Assembly (NCBI GenBank): GCA_951406725.2
Contig: OX597819.1
Span: 8,866,001 to 8,930,000 of the forward strand
Length of the DNA: 64,000 nt
From: Octopus vulgaris
Lineage: Eukaryota
Direction: 5' to 3'
Below, piece after piece: positions 12,728-26,855 of this stretch. A model generated the notes under the pieces. That model was not told where the DNA came from, ran no database searches, and saw nothing but the letters and a program-made list of their open reading frames with translations. Every line of letters begins with the position of its first letter. Positions within the stretch are counted from its first letter, which is position 1. The position numbers and the translations under genes were made by a program.

Positions 12728-13517
12728 CATATAAATTGTGCACATTTATGCATACACACTCACACTCACGCACAAAGGCACGTGCAAGCACCCATACACA
12801 TACTCACACGCATGTATACATATATAGAGACAGACATCAGACAGATAGACAGATACATAGACAGATACAGATGAATAGGTATAAAGGAAGAGATTGGTCG
12901 ACAAGTTGGTGGGTGAATGACATGGTGGACAGAAAGATGAACAAATGAATAATGAGGCCAATATATAAATTGATGGGCCAAGATACTATGCCGTGAACGT
13001 GTAAATAAGCATATAAAACTGTTTGTAGGTGCAAATGAGTCTTAGTCTTTCTGCAATTACAGAACTCACATATGCATACACCTATACAAATATCGTATTT
13101 TTGCAAAACAGCCGCAAACTGGCACAAACTTACGCCCATTCACAGATATGCAGTTATGTATGTATGTATGTATGTATGTATGTATGTATGTATGTATGTA
13201 TGTATGTATGTATGTGTGTATGTATGTATGTATGTATGTATGTATGTGTGTGCGCGCGTGTGTGTGTGTATAAACGCATTATTCACATATATATGAATGC
13301 TAGAATTTATATCAATACAAGTGGATATATATAGCTATATGTGCAAACGTAACCCTGTAAATATATATATACACAACACCCATATATATGTATCAATGTC
13401 TAAAGACTGTGTGTATGTGTATAAGCATGTGTGCTTATGTATGACTACATTACATAATAATTATGCATATGTATATGTATATATATATATATATATATGT
13501 ATATGTATATATATGTG

Positions 13518-13573
<56 letters not shown>

Positions 13574-14416
13574 ATTATATTATATAAACAGGCGCATGGG
13601 TGTATATGTAAATGTACATTATATAAATGTACTTTTATGCAGATATATGCATACTCTGTTGCAAACACTTGGGGACAACACAAAGTGCACAATATATGAC
13701 TTGCAATGCAACAAATGTATAATGCAGAGAAAGAAGAAAAATAATGATAGATGCAACATACATCTAGACTTGCAACAATGCATGAAAAGATGCATGTCTT
13801 AAGGCATAAATATTTATATGCAGCCACCTCAGATCATTCTGCATGCAGCAGCATTTATTTGCATAAAACGATCGTACTGCACACAAATGTCTTACAAAAT
13901 GAAGTATATTGTTTTACCATATTATTTCAGTAGATTCCATTGCAGAATACACATTATCGCAGACGAGTAAAACAACGGCAGTAGATTCATTCTTTGAATA
14001 AGCTTTTCAATGTCTTTTATCTGCCTTTGTTGGGATCAAACTTATATCACTTCTCTTACGATGTTGGATAAAACGAGTAGATTTGATATCTATCTCTCAC
14101 ATCATACGCTTTGCGTTCAAATTTTCTGTAGAACTTTCAATTAGTATTTGGATGGTAGAGAAAACTTGAACCAGCAAATGAACCACTAAGCCATGAGTTG
14201 AACGCCCACGCGTGTTACATTGAGATCGGATTGAAATTTGAGTCTGCTAATGCCTCGATAAGAAAGAAACGTTTTAAACTTTAAGAACAAAATACTAGTT
14301 TAATATAAACTGTATACCAATGAATTTATAAAATGAAAAGGTTGCATATATCCTTTGATTAAAAAGTAAAGAACTTATGCAGTCTCCCATGTTCTTTTTT
14401 TTTTTTTGCTATATAT

Positions 14417-14804
14417 AGGCGCAGGAGTGGCTGTGTGGTAAGTAGCTTGCTAACCAACCACATGGTTCCGGGTTCAGTCCCACTGCGTGGCATCTTGGGC
14501 AAGTGTCTTCTGCTATAGCCTCGGGCCGACCAAAGCCTTGTGAGTGGATTTGGTAGACGGAAACTGAAAGAAGCCTGTCGTATATATATATATATGTGTG
14601 TGCATATGTTTGTGTATCTGTGTTTGTCCCTCTAGCATTGCTTGACAACCGATGCTGGTGTGTTTACGTCCCCGTCACTTTGCGGTTCTGCAAAATAGAA
14701 TAAGTACAGGGCTTACAAAGAATAAGTCCCGGGGTCGATTTGCTCGACTATAGGCGGTGCTCCAGCATGGCCGCAGTCAAATGACTGAAACAAGTAAAAA
14801 AAAA
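14417..14804 (+). mobile_element. SINE family B
   Basis: Full-length family B copy. Confidence 0.93.
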
Positions 14805-15289
14805 TATATGCTCTCGGTATTAAAACTGGTAGGGTGCTCAGTCAGTATCAAGTTAGTGCGACTGTGTTATTAATCAGAGGGTTGACCAAAAACCCTTTAC
14901 GCATGAAGAGGGATACGTTTAACGGTGGTCTGCTTTATCTTATTTGTGGCCAATTTACCAATTAATAAAAACAAAAACCGTTGTTTTGTACAGTCAATCA
15001 CTTTCCTAGAAAGAATTTTTTCTTTTTTTTTTAAATCAACGCCTACCTTCAAAAAGACTCATTGGATAATATCTTCCTAGATAAATTTTATCTGAAAAAT
15101 ATAACAATAGACGGTGCTATCATTTATCACTGCCATTGACTGTAGAGTTTGTTTAATCAGAACTAATATAGAGCAAACAAGAAAAACATTTCCGCTCATT
15201 CTTTTATTAAGAAATATGTACCAAATCATTATCATGGATTGTTACCTGCGGTAGATCAGCGTCCTCTGTGAGGAATTTTATTTTTTTAG

Positions 15290-15690
15290 CTAGCAGTATC
15301 GCCCGGCGTTGCTCGGGTTTGTAAGGGAAATAACTATATAAGCATTTTTAGAGATGTAAAGTATAATAGCCATCTCAATATGGCTAACCACAAAGGGGGG
15401 GGTGTTACTGTAGCTTTTTACGTTCTGAGATTTAATAATACATTTTTAGAGCGTTACTTCCCTTGTATAATAGCAAAAAAAATGCATTAAAATTGGGAAA
15501 AAATTATGGTAATTTTTTTTTTAAATCGTAGACTCATCGTAGACGCGCGCTAATACCCAGAAGGGCTCGATATGAATCACGACTATAAGATACCCGCTTT
15601 TGGTTACACTGCACCGCAAAATGTGGGAGTAGTTAGGAATCTAAATCGTAGGAGACAGACAGCACACAACCTCACTTTTATATATATAGA
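15290..15690 (-). mobile_element. Non-autonomous Helitron family 1
   Basis: 5' TC, 3' hairpin CCCGAGCAACGCCGGG plus CTAG, no TSD. Confidence 0.88.
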
Positions 15691-16412
15691 TGTCAAGAAA
15701 TTAGAGTGAAAATCTAACCGTTAAAAACCATCGAGGTTTATGTGACTTTTAGATCAATTTACTATTCCTACTAAGCAGTAAATACGTATATACTCTACTT
15801 TCCTATAAGAATTATACAACATAGCGTTTACAAATATTAATATTAATTAAAACTATCAGTACCGGTGGAAATTCCTTGGCCAAGTTTATCGTACAGTGTC
15901 AGCCATAACATCACCCAACTCTGTAATAGTATCCCGTTATTTCCTTCATAATCTTTCAATTAATTTCTAAAAAAAATACTGCTTACTCGCTTCGACCATA
16001 GTTTCTCTCCTGGCCTGTTTTCTCAGTCTAGTTGGTGCAACATATTTTGCCTATCACCATCGTTCATATAAATTTTCCCTCTTTTGATTAGCATTCCTCA
16101 TTTCTTTTTCTATAAGTTTGAACCTTGTCGTTCGTCGTTCGTCGTTCGTCAAACGTCACCTCCACCTTCCATCTTTTTGCGTTAATATCATTATTTTTTT
16201 TCATGATTTAATACTTCTCGCCGCCCCAGGTTCTCTTCTCCTTATTCGTAATTCCTATTTCTTCTCTTTGCCCTTTCCCCAGTCTTTCTCTATATCTTCT
16301 CCCCCTCAACTGATTAAATTCTCGCTGTCCTGCTCTGTTATCATTGTCCACCGTAGCACACCAAACTCTCTTTCGGTAATAAAATAATTTAAAAAGTACT
16401 TGATGTTTTATA

Positions 16413-16645
16413 TATTTATTTACTACCCACAAGGGGCTAAACATAGAGGAGACAAACAAGGACAGACAAACGGATTAAGTCGATTACATCGACCCCAGTG
16501 CGTAACTGGTACTTAATTTATCGACCCCGAAAGGATAAAAGGTAAAGTCGACCTCGGCGGAATATGAACTCAGAACATAACGGCAGACGAAATACGGCTA
16601 CGCATTTCGCCCGGCGGGCTAACGTTTCTGCCAGCTCGCCGCCTT
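16413..16645 (-). mobile_element. SINE family C
   Basis: Full family C copy. Confidence 0.92.
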
Positions 16646-16795
16646 CTATGTTATACAGTTGGGGACATCCATCTCCAAGATACGCCATTACCCATCTTTT
16701 ACGAAGTAAGAAACACGGCTGTTAATCTGCTGAGTCTCTACGATATACCGTTACACACATTTTATGAAGGAATTTAAGAATACAGTTTTTAATAA

Positions 16796-17190
16796 TCTTT
16801 ATATATAAAAGTGAGGTTGTGTGTCTGTCTCCTACGATTTAGTTTCCTAACTACTCCCACATTTTGCGGTGCAGTTTAACCAAAAACGGGTATCTTATAG
16901 TCGTGATCCATATCGAGCACTTCTGGGTATTAGAGCGCGTCTACGATGAGTCTACGATTTTAAAAAAAATTACCACCATTTTTTCCCATTTTTAATGCAT
17001 TTTAGGCATATATAATGGAAGTAACTCTCTAAAAATTTATTATTAAATCTCAGAACGTAAAAAGCTACAGTAACACCCACCCCCCTTTGTAGTTAACCAT
17101 ATTGAGATGGCTATTATACTTTACATCTCTAAAAATGCTTATATAGTTATTTCCCTTACAAACCCGAGCAACGCCGGGCGATACTGCTAG
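16796..17190 (+). mobile_element. Non-autonomous Helitron family 1
   Basis: A|TC...CCCGAGCAACGCCGGGCGATACTGCTAG|T. Confidence 0.92.
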
Positions 17191-17810
17191 TTATCAATAA
17201 AAATTTTCAAAATAATAGATATTGATATATGTTCAATCTTCCCGACAATGACTTGCTCTAAGACGCATGCGTTAAATTGTCAGGTAAATGGTGGAAGAGG
17301 GAAGATCAAACAACCGCTACTGGCACATGTACATACGCACCGTGTACATACCACCACACATACCAACGCTAATGGCGTGCAGACATATCCACCTACCCAC
17401 CACTCTCTCACCAGTATATTGTCGTCTCTGTGTTCGCGCCAATATTGACCGTATGCGCGTGCGTGTATGTGTCCATTGCTAGTAGTGTTCGTTAGAATCT
17501 CTCTCACTCTCTCACTCTCTCCCCCTCTCTCTCTCTCTCGTTCTCACTCCCCCCCCCATTTTCTCACTTTCGCTCATACCTGTTTACTATCTCCTTTCAA
17601 CAGCATGACAACATTCTTTATACCACCGGAATTTATCTTCAGGACTTTATTGTAATAGATATCCAGCCACTAACTTCTTCGAATATACTTTTATCTTTAT
17701 TATAGTCACGATGGCCCGAATTAAGAGGGGACATTACAAAACAGGATGTGGGGTACATAAAATAAAAAAATCGAAAAATATGATATGAAAATGAATTATT
17801 TGTAATGAAT

Positions 17811-17982
17811 AGGCGCAGGAGTGGCTGTGTGGTAAGTAGCTTGCTAACCAACCACATGGTTCCGGGTTCAGTCTCACCGCGTGACACCTTGGGCAAGTGT
17901 CTTCTGCTATAGCCCCGGGCCGACCAATGCCTTGTGAGTGGATTTGGTAGACGGAAACTGAAAGAAGTCCGTCGTATATATG

Positions 17983-18013
<31 letters not shown>

Positions 18014-18217
18014 ATGTCTTTGTGTGTCTGTGTTTGTCACCCCCAACATCGCTTGACAACCGATGCTGGTGTGTTTACGTCCCCGTCAGTTAGCGGTTCG
18101 GCCAAAGAGACCGATAGAATAAGTATTGGGCTTACAAAAGAATAAGTCCCGGGGTCAATTTGCTCGACTAAAGGCGGTGCTCCAGCATGGCCGCAGTCAA
18201 ATGACTGAAAAAAAAAA
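17811..18217 (+). mobile_element. SINE family B
   Basis: Full-length family B copy. Confidence 0.93.
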
Positions 18218-18707
18218 TTAAATGGAATGGCTTACTAGCCCCCCAAAAACACGCAGTTTCATTTAAAATACAATTCTGCTACACTGGTCGTCCATCTGTA
18301 ATGTATTCTATCAACTTCTCCTGGTCTACAATCGCTGGCAAACTGTCGTAACGGATATATTGCATTTCACGAACAGTCGAAAACACTGGACAAGATATTA
18401 TCCACTCTTGGTTCCCTGTTGCTTTAACTTTAGTTGTCGCTATTGTTGATGTTTTTGTTGTTGTTTACCCCCTTCCCTACCCGGACACCCTTGATGACGC
18501 AAAACTATAATGAAAGATGCTCCAGCTGTAGCGATCCTTTTCTTTATTATTTTGTAAACGTGACATACATACATACACCTAGCGTCCTATCTTTTAAGAC
18601 AATAGGTTGTGACGTTTGCGAAATTTGGGTGATATCGTTGTTTAAAAGTTCTTCTGTTGCGTTGACTCTTCCTTAGGTCTTACCGCTGTTGTTTTATCCC
18701 AAGTTTG

Positions 18708-19086
18708 TGGAGGCGCAATGGCCCAGTGGTTAGGGCAGCGGACTCGCGGTCATAGGATCGCGGTTTCGATTCCCAGACCGGGCGTTGTGAGTGTTTATTG
18801 AGCGAAAACACCTAAAAAGCTCCACGAGGCTCCGGCAGGGGATGGTGATGATCCCTGCTGTACTCTTTCACCACAACTTTCTCTTACTTCCTGTTTCTGT
18901 TGTACCTGTATTTCAAGGGGCCGGCCTTGTCACTCTCTGTGTCATGCTGAATATCCCCGTGAACTACGTTAAGGGTACACGTGTCTGTGGAGTGCTCAGC
19001 CACTTACACGTTAATTTCACGAGCAGGCTGTTCCGTTGATTCGGATCAACCGGAACCCTCGTCGTCGTAACCGACGGAGTGCTTCC
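18708..19086 (+). mobile_element. SINE family A
   Basis: TSD ATCCCAAGTTTG. Confidence 0.95.
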
Positions 19087-19821
19087 ATCCCAAGTTTGGC
19101 CTTATCAAGCTGACCTCTGCTCCGACTATGATCATCCTGCCTTCTTTGGTCAATATTATCGAATGTGCCCTTCCTTTCTTAAATCCGAGTTGTGGGAGCT
19201 TTGGTTGGTATTTCTAGCAGGTCAAACATTTGTATAAAGGATCCGTAACTGTCTCGGCTATACTGTTATACTATAAGTGAGTCCATTTGATCTTATGTAG
19301 CCGATACTTTCATATGGAAATGTTAGAACCCGAAAATACTTAAAATTATTTCCTTCCCAGAAATCTCTGCTACAAGACATTTTCTGTAACAGAAAGTAAA
19401 AGAGAAGGAGAGAGAGATAAAAGATGATAGAAAAAGAAGAGGGAAAAGAAGGAAAAATCCTTTTTATAAAAGACTAGAATGTAAACGATGTGGCCTGCAG
19501 TCGTTACCTATGAAGACATGAAAATCGTCTCCATCACAGTACTAAACATTGAAAAGCACTCAAAACTTCTAAAACCTTAGTGAAAAGTGAATGAAATTTA
19601 AACATCAAACGAAGCTTTATTAAAGCATTTTAACAGTCTTAGAATCTGTTAATCTCATTAACGTTCATTACGAACAAAAGGAAAAAAATCAAACAGAAAT
19701 TATGATACACAGAGAACACCGATCAAACATAAAGGTTAGCAGTCGTTGTTATAGATAAGTGTTTAGTCATAATTTGATCAGCTGAGATACACATGGAGGT
19801 AACAACTAAATCGATATGCAC

Positions 19822-20122
<301 letters not shown>

Positions 20123-20851
20123 CGTTTAGGCATTACAAGCGAAGGTAAAGACCGCAGAATACATGATGTAGAATTTGTATTCATATTCAGAGATTCACAC
20201 TCCTGAAGTGTATACGTAATAGATCAAACAATATAGATAGTGAACAAAGATACGGTCTCATTTAAGGGTAGGGAAAACTCCTCTTCGCTGTTTAGTGTCT
20301 CATTCGTCTTAGAAATCATTACATCTCTGTCTTCAGAGGCATAAAGCACAGTCGATAAACCAACCCTTATAAACCAACATATCTTGAAACTGCTGGTGCT
20401 CCAGATATTAAAGCAAACAATGATATCCCTTAACTAAAACACCGCGATATTACTCCATCACTGTTATTTGAAAAGATATCTCCCGAATAGTTTCCAGATG
20501 TATCAAGGCTTCGTCGATACAAATTCATAGCTACTACATTTAATTATGTTCATAATATTGTAAATTTTCTAACCATAAACGATAACTAGGAAGCCTTGCT
20601 AACAACATAGTGATCCAGTTACCTTCAGTGTGAAACACATTCGATCATGTAAATCGGCTTGGGAAATGGGAACCAGTGTACCTAGTGTTTTTCAGACAAA
20701 GCTTTGTTGCCTTGATTCGAAGCCCAAACCGCTAGGACACCACGAACAGGCCACCACACCTTCACGTAATCGGTCTATTAATCGACCGATTAGCCTAAGG
20801 CTGTGACGTGATATGGTTTTCTCGGATGTTGCATCCTATAAAAAACCGTGT

Positions 20852-21233
20852 GGAAGCACTCCGTCGGTTACGACGACGAGGGTTCCGGTTGATCCGAATA
20901 AACGGAACAGCCTGCTCATGAAATTAACGTGTAAGTGGCTGAGTACTCCACAGACCCGTGTACCCTTAACGCAGTTCTCGGGGATATTCAGCGTGACACA
21001 GAGAGTGACAAGGCCGGCCCCTTGAAATACAGGTACAACAGAAACAGGAAGTAAGAGTGAGAGAAAGTTGTGGTGAAAGAGTACAGCAGGGATCACCATC
21101 ATCCCTGCCGGAGCATCGTGGAGCTTTAGGTGTTTTCGCTCAATAAACACTCACAACGCCCGGTCTGGGAATCGAAACCGCGATCCTATGCCCGCGAGTC
21201 CGCTGCCCTAACCACTGGACCATTGCGCCTCCA
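20852..21233 (-). mobile_element. SINE family A
   Basis: Family A; near-perfect TSD AAA(A/G)ACCGTGT. Confidence 0.94.
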
Positions 21234-21747
21234 CAAAAGACCGTGTATACGCTCAATTAATCGCAGTGCGTTAAAGGCGGTCAGGCGAAATGCGCCTCCG
21301 CTCTTGCCATGAACCTCTGCGCAAACAACTTCAGGTTTTTGAACAGACCCATTCTGAACATTCACACAATGCCAGATAAGTAACATCTACGGACACATCG
21401 TTTTCCTCTCTATCCCAGTCAGCAAATTTTTATGTTGTTCATTATAAACTGCCAGCACCAAATGTTTTTTTTTTCTTATGTCCCGCAATAAATACTTCAG
21501 ATAAATATTCGCAGGTTTGTTTCGGTTATTATTCATGCAACCATCGAAATATATCTTCATTTTCCCGATGCTCAAGCGACAAGCAACCGGTAACAGCTTT
21601 ATTCCATGTCTTTATTCAATATATTAACCAACCATGTGTATAATTTACATGTGTGAAATTGCGAGGAACAATGAAGTAAGCGTATAATTGTTCTCATACA
21701 AATAGATGTATATACACATAGATACAGTACACACCACACACATACAT

Positions 21748-21782
<35 letters not shown>

Positions 21783-21863
21783 TATCTATCTATCTATCTA
21801 TACACATACATGCATATACATAGATATGTATTATAGATATGTAGATGTATATAGATATGTATG

Positions 21864-21945
<82 letters not shown>

Positions 21946-21964
21946 TATTTACATATTTATATAC

Positions 21965-22228
21965 ATAACAACAGTTGGATAATGGGTCATTCACTACAGC
22001 TGTTTCCAACGCTTTTTTCGTATGATGTAATATCTCTATTCTTCACTAAAAGAAATCGTTGGAAACGGCTGTATTGAATAAAACCTTATCCATCTGTTAT
22101 TTATTTCTTATTCACTTACTCAAAACCTGCTATTAACGAGAATTTGGAGTCTATTAAGTGCAGTACAATTGGTGCAGCGTGTGTTCCTAAATACTGCCTA
22201 ACCCCAACCCTAACCCTACCGCATATTT
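21965..22228 (+). mobile_element. Old hairpin-plus-tail PLE-like insert with hammerhead remnant
   Basis: Diverged inverted arms ~21969-22017/22050-22100 containing GGAAAC(A/G)GCTGTA; tail ends CCTAACCCCAACCCTAACCCTA. Confidence 0.5.
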
Positions 22229-22271
22229 ATATATATATACACACAGACACGCACATACATACATATATATG

Positions 22272-22340
<69 letters not shown>

Positions 22341-22767
22341 AAATTGGTGCTATTTCAAATATACTTGAGGCATATTTAATCCGGTAAGAAAGCCATTCAC
22401 TGTATTTTGTCAAGGAGAAAAATCCTCGCAGTAGACAGATGTAAACACACTGAGTCAGTTCTCAGTGCTCTCCAGCCTGACTGTTGATTGCAAGCATTTT
22501 CGACTTGTTATCCCCTCCTCAGCAACGGAGACTCTAAAGGCAAATGCTGCGAACTGACACGCGACAGTGTTCCCTCTTATAATATTCCTTTCATCGTGCA
22601 ATGACTAGTTGCGCTAGTCGGTGGATCACCGTAAATAAAATATTGGGAAACTATCAGGTTAGGGATGGCAGCGAAATGATTCGGTGTGTTTACGCCTGTC
22701 AGCGAGAAATTTTTCTGTGTAACGAAATACATCGAATGGCTTTCTTACGAGTTAGTAATACATATAT

Positions 22768-23299
22768 ATCAGAAATATTAAAATTTTAAATGTCTCAAAG
22801 AGACATGAGCGGTGGTGGAGCGATAGAGCGGTTGTATACTGTCAACTTAATGTGTAGTCCCGTATGGGAATTACATCACCGCTGTTTAGCCCTAGGAAGC
22901 ATCGAACGCTTCCTGTCGGCTTTGACACATTTTCTGTGTCCTTATATTTGTGAAGGGGAGGCAAGCACCCCTACCAACCAAGATTCACACCTGAGGACAT
23001 GCATGTTTCTGGGTCTTAAACCGTCATCAGCCCAGGATAGTGAGATCTGCTGATTGAGGTGCCTGTCCAGCCTTCACAAATATATATATTTACAGTAAAA
23101 TCTATTCACTGGTTACCATAATCAGAAATATTAAATTTCTAAATGTCTCAAAGAGACATGAGCGGTGGTGGAGCAATAGAGTGGTTGTATACTGTCAACT
23201 TAACGTGACAGTCCCGTATGGGAATTACACCACCGCTGTTTAGCCCTAGGAAGCATCGAACGCTTGGGACTGTCACGTTAAGTTGACAGTATACAACCA

Positions 23300-23303
<4 letters not shown>
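22768..23303 (-). mobile_element. Retrozyme-like / non-autonomous PLE: partial tandem of a 353-nt hammerhead-bearing unit with terminal inversion
   Basis: ~145-bp direct repeat starting 22768 and 23121; hammerhead between the copies; 23266-23303 is an inverted copy of ~23177-23215; flanked by (TA)n. Confidence 0.75.
22990..23036 (-). ncRNA. Type I hammerhead ribozyme
   Basis: CCTGGG-CTGATGA-CGGTTTAAGACCCA-GAAAC-ATGCAT-GTC-CTCAGG: full core, GUC cleavage triplet, palindromic stem III, extended stem I. Confidence 0.85.
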
Positions 23304-23370
<67 letters not shown>

Positions 23371-23388
23371 TAGTAACAGAAAGGAGGA

Positions 23389-24490
23389 ATTTCGATTATC
23401 CCCACGTTGTGATTTGTAATGCATATAAGATATTATAAAAGGAAAATACGCACACTTACATAGTTTTAATATAATTTTTAATATATCGACCGGTTTCGCT
23501 ATCACTATTCATGACTTTATTTTCTTTTACTTATTTGAGTATGTATTTTTTCTTAAGAAGAAATTTTGTCCATGTTGTGTGTGATGATATTTACGAGTGA
23601 ATGACTTCACAAGTAGAAAAATAAGGAGAGATAATTGGTTATCGTTATTATTGTTATCGTTGTGGTTAAGGGAGATAACTGTTCAGCTTTCGGTAATGGG
23701 AGGGGAATATATATGTACAGACAAAAACAAGTTTCGAAAACCTTGTTTAGTGAGGGGATTTATGTACATTGATGTAATCGTGAATTGGAATATGTAAAAA
23801 GATAAAAGTTGGTTATGCATGCATATTAAGACGTGTACTGTATTTTTCAATGAATAAAGTTTCTTTATTTAAACGTTCTTGTGGAGAGATTGTGTCTTTG
23901 CACTGGTAGAAGGGGAAGACTGTGAAATTTGGTTTGATTTTATCTGCATATTTTTCTATATGTTCACTGAGAGGAATTTGCCTGTAGTGCGAGAAACAGA
24001 TTTGCTCTTTATGTAGAGTGGTTCTCTTTCTCAAGGTCCTACTCGTTTTTCCAATATAGTTGTGTCCGCAACCCGAGCAGGTTATTAGATAAATTAAGTT
24101 CTCAAAGGCACAAGTGAAACTATTTTTAATTGTGAACCTCTGTCCTTATTTGAAAAGGAAGTCCGAGCCTTCAAGTAGGTTGGGGTAGGTTCCACAGTTT
24201 GGGCGTCCACATTTTTCAACCGTTGGTTTCATGGTTGTTTTGTAAAGCCTCGCATTTGTTAGTAGTCTCTTTAGCAATTTGTCTTGCTTTTTGCATTTGA
24301 TGAGTTTGTGTGTTTTCAGGATATCGTTCGTTTTTGGATCTCTAGTTAGTAAAGGAAGATTTTGCACAATAGTGCTGAATGCCTCACTGTTTCTGGGGTT
24401 GTGTGTTGATATAAATAGTAATGTTTTGAGATTAAAAATTATATTAAAACTATGTAAAGGTGCGTATTTTTCTTTTTTAATTCCTTATAT
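23389..24490 (-). mobile_element. 5'-truncated Penelope-like element with GIY-YIG domain and inverted pseudo-LTR
   Basis: KCGRPNCGT..FTCAFENLIYLITCSGCGHNYIGKTSRTLRKR..EHI..RLNKETLFIEKY..LN; 23423-23482 is inverted at 24431-24490; GAAACCGGTC hammerhead 3' half; inside (TA)n. Confidence 0.93.
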
Positions 24491-24494
24491 ATAC

Positions 24495-24571
<77 letters not shown>

Positions 24572-24576
<5 letters not shown>

Positions 24577-24924
24577 ATAACAAAGGGTAAAATTAATTAA
24601 TTAAGAAGTAATCAGTAATTTCACAAAGTAGAATTCGGCATGAAAAAGACCATTTCATGGTAAGCTTAAGTAATACTTTATAATTAGGGTTAAGCAAAGA
24701 TTTGCTTCACCACATACCGAAGTTTAGAAATAGCAGTCAAAAAATCTTAGCTATTCCTTCTACTTTATTTCTCCCTTTTGCCCGCGTGGATTGTTTTCAA
24801 GTACTTTGGCTCTTCTGGGAGCCTCTTTTAAAGTAGAAGGAATAGCTAAGATTTTTTTGACTGCTATTTCTAAACTTCGGTATGTGGTGAAGCAAATCTT
24901 TGCTTAACCCTTATTATAAAGTAT
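24572..24924 (-). mobile_element. Hairpin-plus-tail insert in (TA)n (PLE-like end)
   Basis: ~95-bp near-perfect inverted arms 24673-24767/24829-24924. Confidence 0.6.
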
Positions 24925-25849
24925 ATATATATATGTATATACATGTATATATATATATGATATAGTTTCAGAGGATGGCGCAGCTATTACGGAGTCGGCT
25001 ATCAGTCCACTGGGTAGGGTAATGTAAAATATCTGTATAACTGAAAATTCAGAAGATCCTATCGATCTTTAGAATCTTTAAATCACCTGCAGATTTGTCC
25101 CCAGATCAGCCTACTCACCAGAGTAATTACTTTGGACAATGTTGATATATTATTTGCTTATATTTTTATATTATTTTATGTTTTACTTTATTTTTTTCCT
25201 TTTGTATTTGTATCTGAATTAAGGATAGTAAATTCTCTAATATCCTATCTGGCACTTCATTGATCTATAAAGAACAACAACACAGTATATCTTTGCTCTG
25301 TTGCTTTCCTTTTATTTGATAAATCTGTGTAATTTTCTCCAACTCTGGACTTCCATACGTTTTAAATATAAATTTTGTGTGAACACTCAAAGTTGAACTG
25401 TTGAGATAATCATGATGTTCTGGTGATCTGGTTAGCTAGCTTTCTCATTTGCATTCAGATGTAAATATATAAGTGCATTATTTAATGCTATGCATATATA
25501 TTAATGCAAACTTGTCCATATAATTTTTTGCACACTGAAATTAACACTAGATGGAGGAGGTTGCGAAAAGGTTACGATATTATGAAAGTTATGCGGTTAA
25601 ATAAATCTATCTTAACTTGTAACACCTAATTTTATGCTAAATGTTTGAGTGTGTGTGTGTGCGTGTGTTGTGTGTGTTTGTGCGTGTATGTGTGTCTGTG
25701 TCTGTGTTTGTGTGTGTGTATGTGTGTATGTGTAAATGTCGTTATTCAATTTCATTTCAAGATTTCTTGCCAATAGAGAAGGAGCCGGTTTCTAACCTAG
25801 ATCCAATGCTCCATCATTGGAATTTCAAAAACATCGACAGGACTTTGTT

Positions 25850-26023
25850 GTATGTATGTACGTATGCATGCATGTATGTATGTATGCATGCATGCATTCA
25901 TGTATGTATGTATGTACTATGTATGCATGTATGTATGCATGCATGCATGTATGTATGTATGTATGTATGTATGTATGTATGTATGTATGTATGTATGTAT
26001 GTATGTATGTATGTATGTATGTA
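25850..26023. repeat. (ATGT)n microsatellite
   Basis: Simple repeat. Confidence 0.95.
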
Positions 26024-26400
26024 GAGACGGATAGTGAGGGAGAGAGAGATATACATACATACATAAGCAGACACATACATACACACACATGCCTTGACAT
26101 TGTCACAAGTTGACCTAAACCATCTGAATGAAAATGGGTAGAAAGGACTAGCAAAGGTCATCTGATGATGGTGCACTTAATCTGCCACCTGGTCAGTGGG
26201 TACGTTTAAGAAAGTCCACTCGGAATCCTGTCACCGGCACAGAGACAACATTTAAATTTAGCATAACCGAGTTTTCTTTGATGTATTGTGAAAGCCATGG
26301 CCAATGAATAGCAAGGTACTATCAACTACCTCATCTATGAACTGTTTACTGGTCAATTTCCACAACAGATATAAATTCACAACTTCAAGGTAAGCAAACG

Positions 26401-26822
26401 CTCTTTTACTCTTTTACTCTTTTACATATTTCAGTCATTTGACTGCGGCCATGCTGGAGCACCGCCTTTAGTCGAGCAAATTGACCCCGGAACTTATTCT
26501 TTGTAAGCCCAGTACTTATTCTATCGGTCTCTTTTGCCGAACCGCTGGATGACGGGGACGTAAACACACCAGCATCGGTTGTCAAGCAATGCTAGGGCTA
26601 CAAACACAGACACACAAACACATACACATACACATACATATACATATATATACATATATACGACAGACTTCTTTCAGTTTCCATCTACCAAATCCACTCA
26701 CAAGGCATTGGTCGGCCTGGGGTTATAGCAGAAGACACCTGCCCAAGATGCCACGCAGTGGGACTGAACCCGGAACCATGTGGTTGGTTAGCAAGCTACT
26801 TACCACACAGCCACACCTGCTC
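26401..26822 (-). mobile_element. SINE family B
   Basis: Full copy with (GAGTAAAA)n tail. Confidence 0.93.
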
Positions 26823-26855
26823 ATGAATTTTATGGTGACACTTCTGCTTACAGGT

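Noticed and set aside
22197-22217. Telomere-like CCCTAA repeats
   Set aside because: Only about three imperfect units within an insert tail; too short for an interstitial telomere call
25741-25830. Possible hammerhead variant (minus AGCATTGGATCTAGGTTAGAAACCGGCTC)
   Set aside because: Core and stem I not recognisable
26158-26185. Isolated CTGATGA (also at ~39725, 59081, 60866)
   Set aside because: No stem II or GAAA partner with stem III; 59081 is internal to a Helitron
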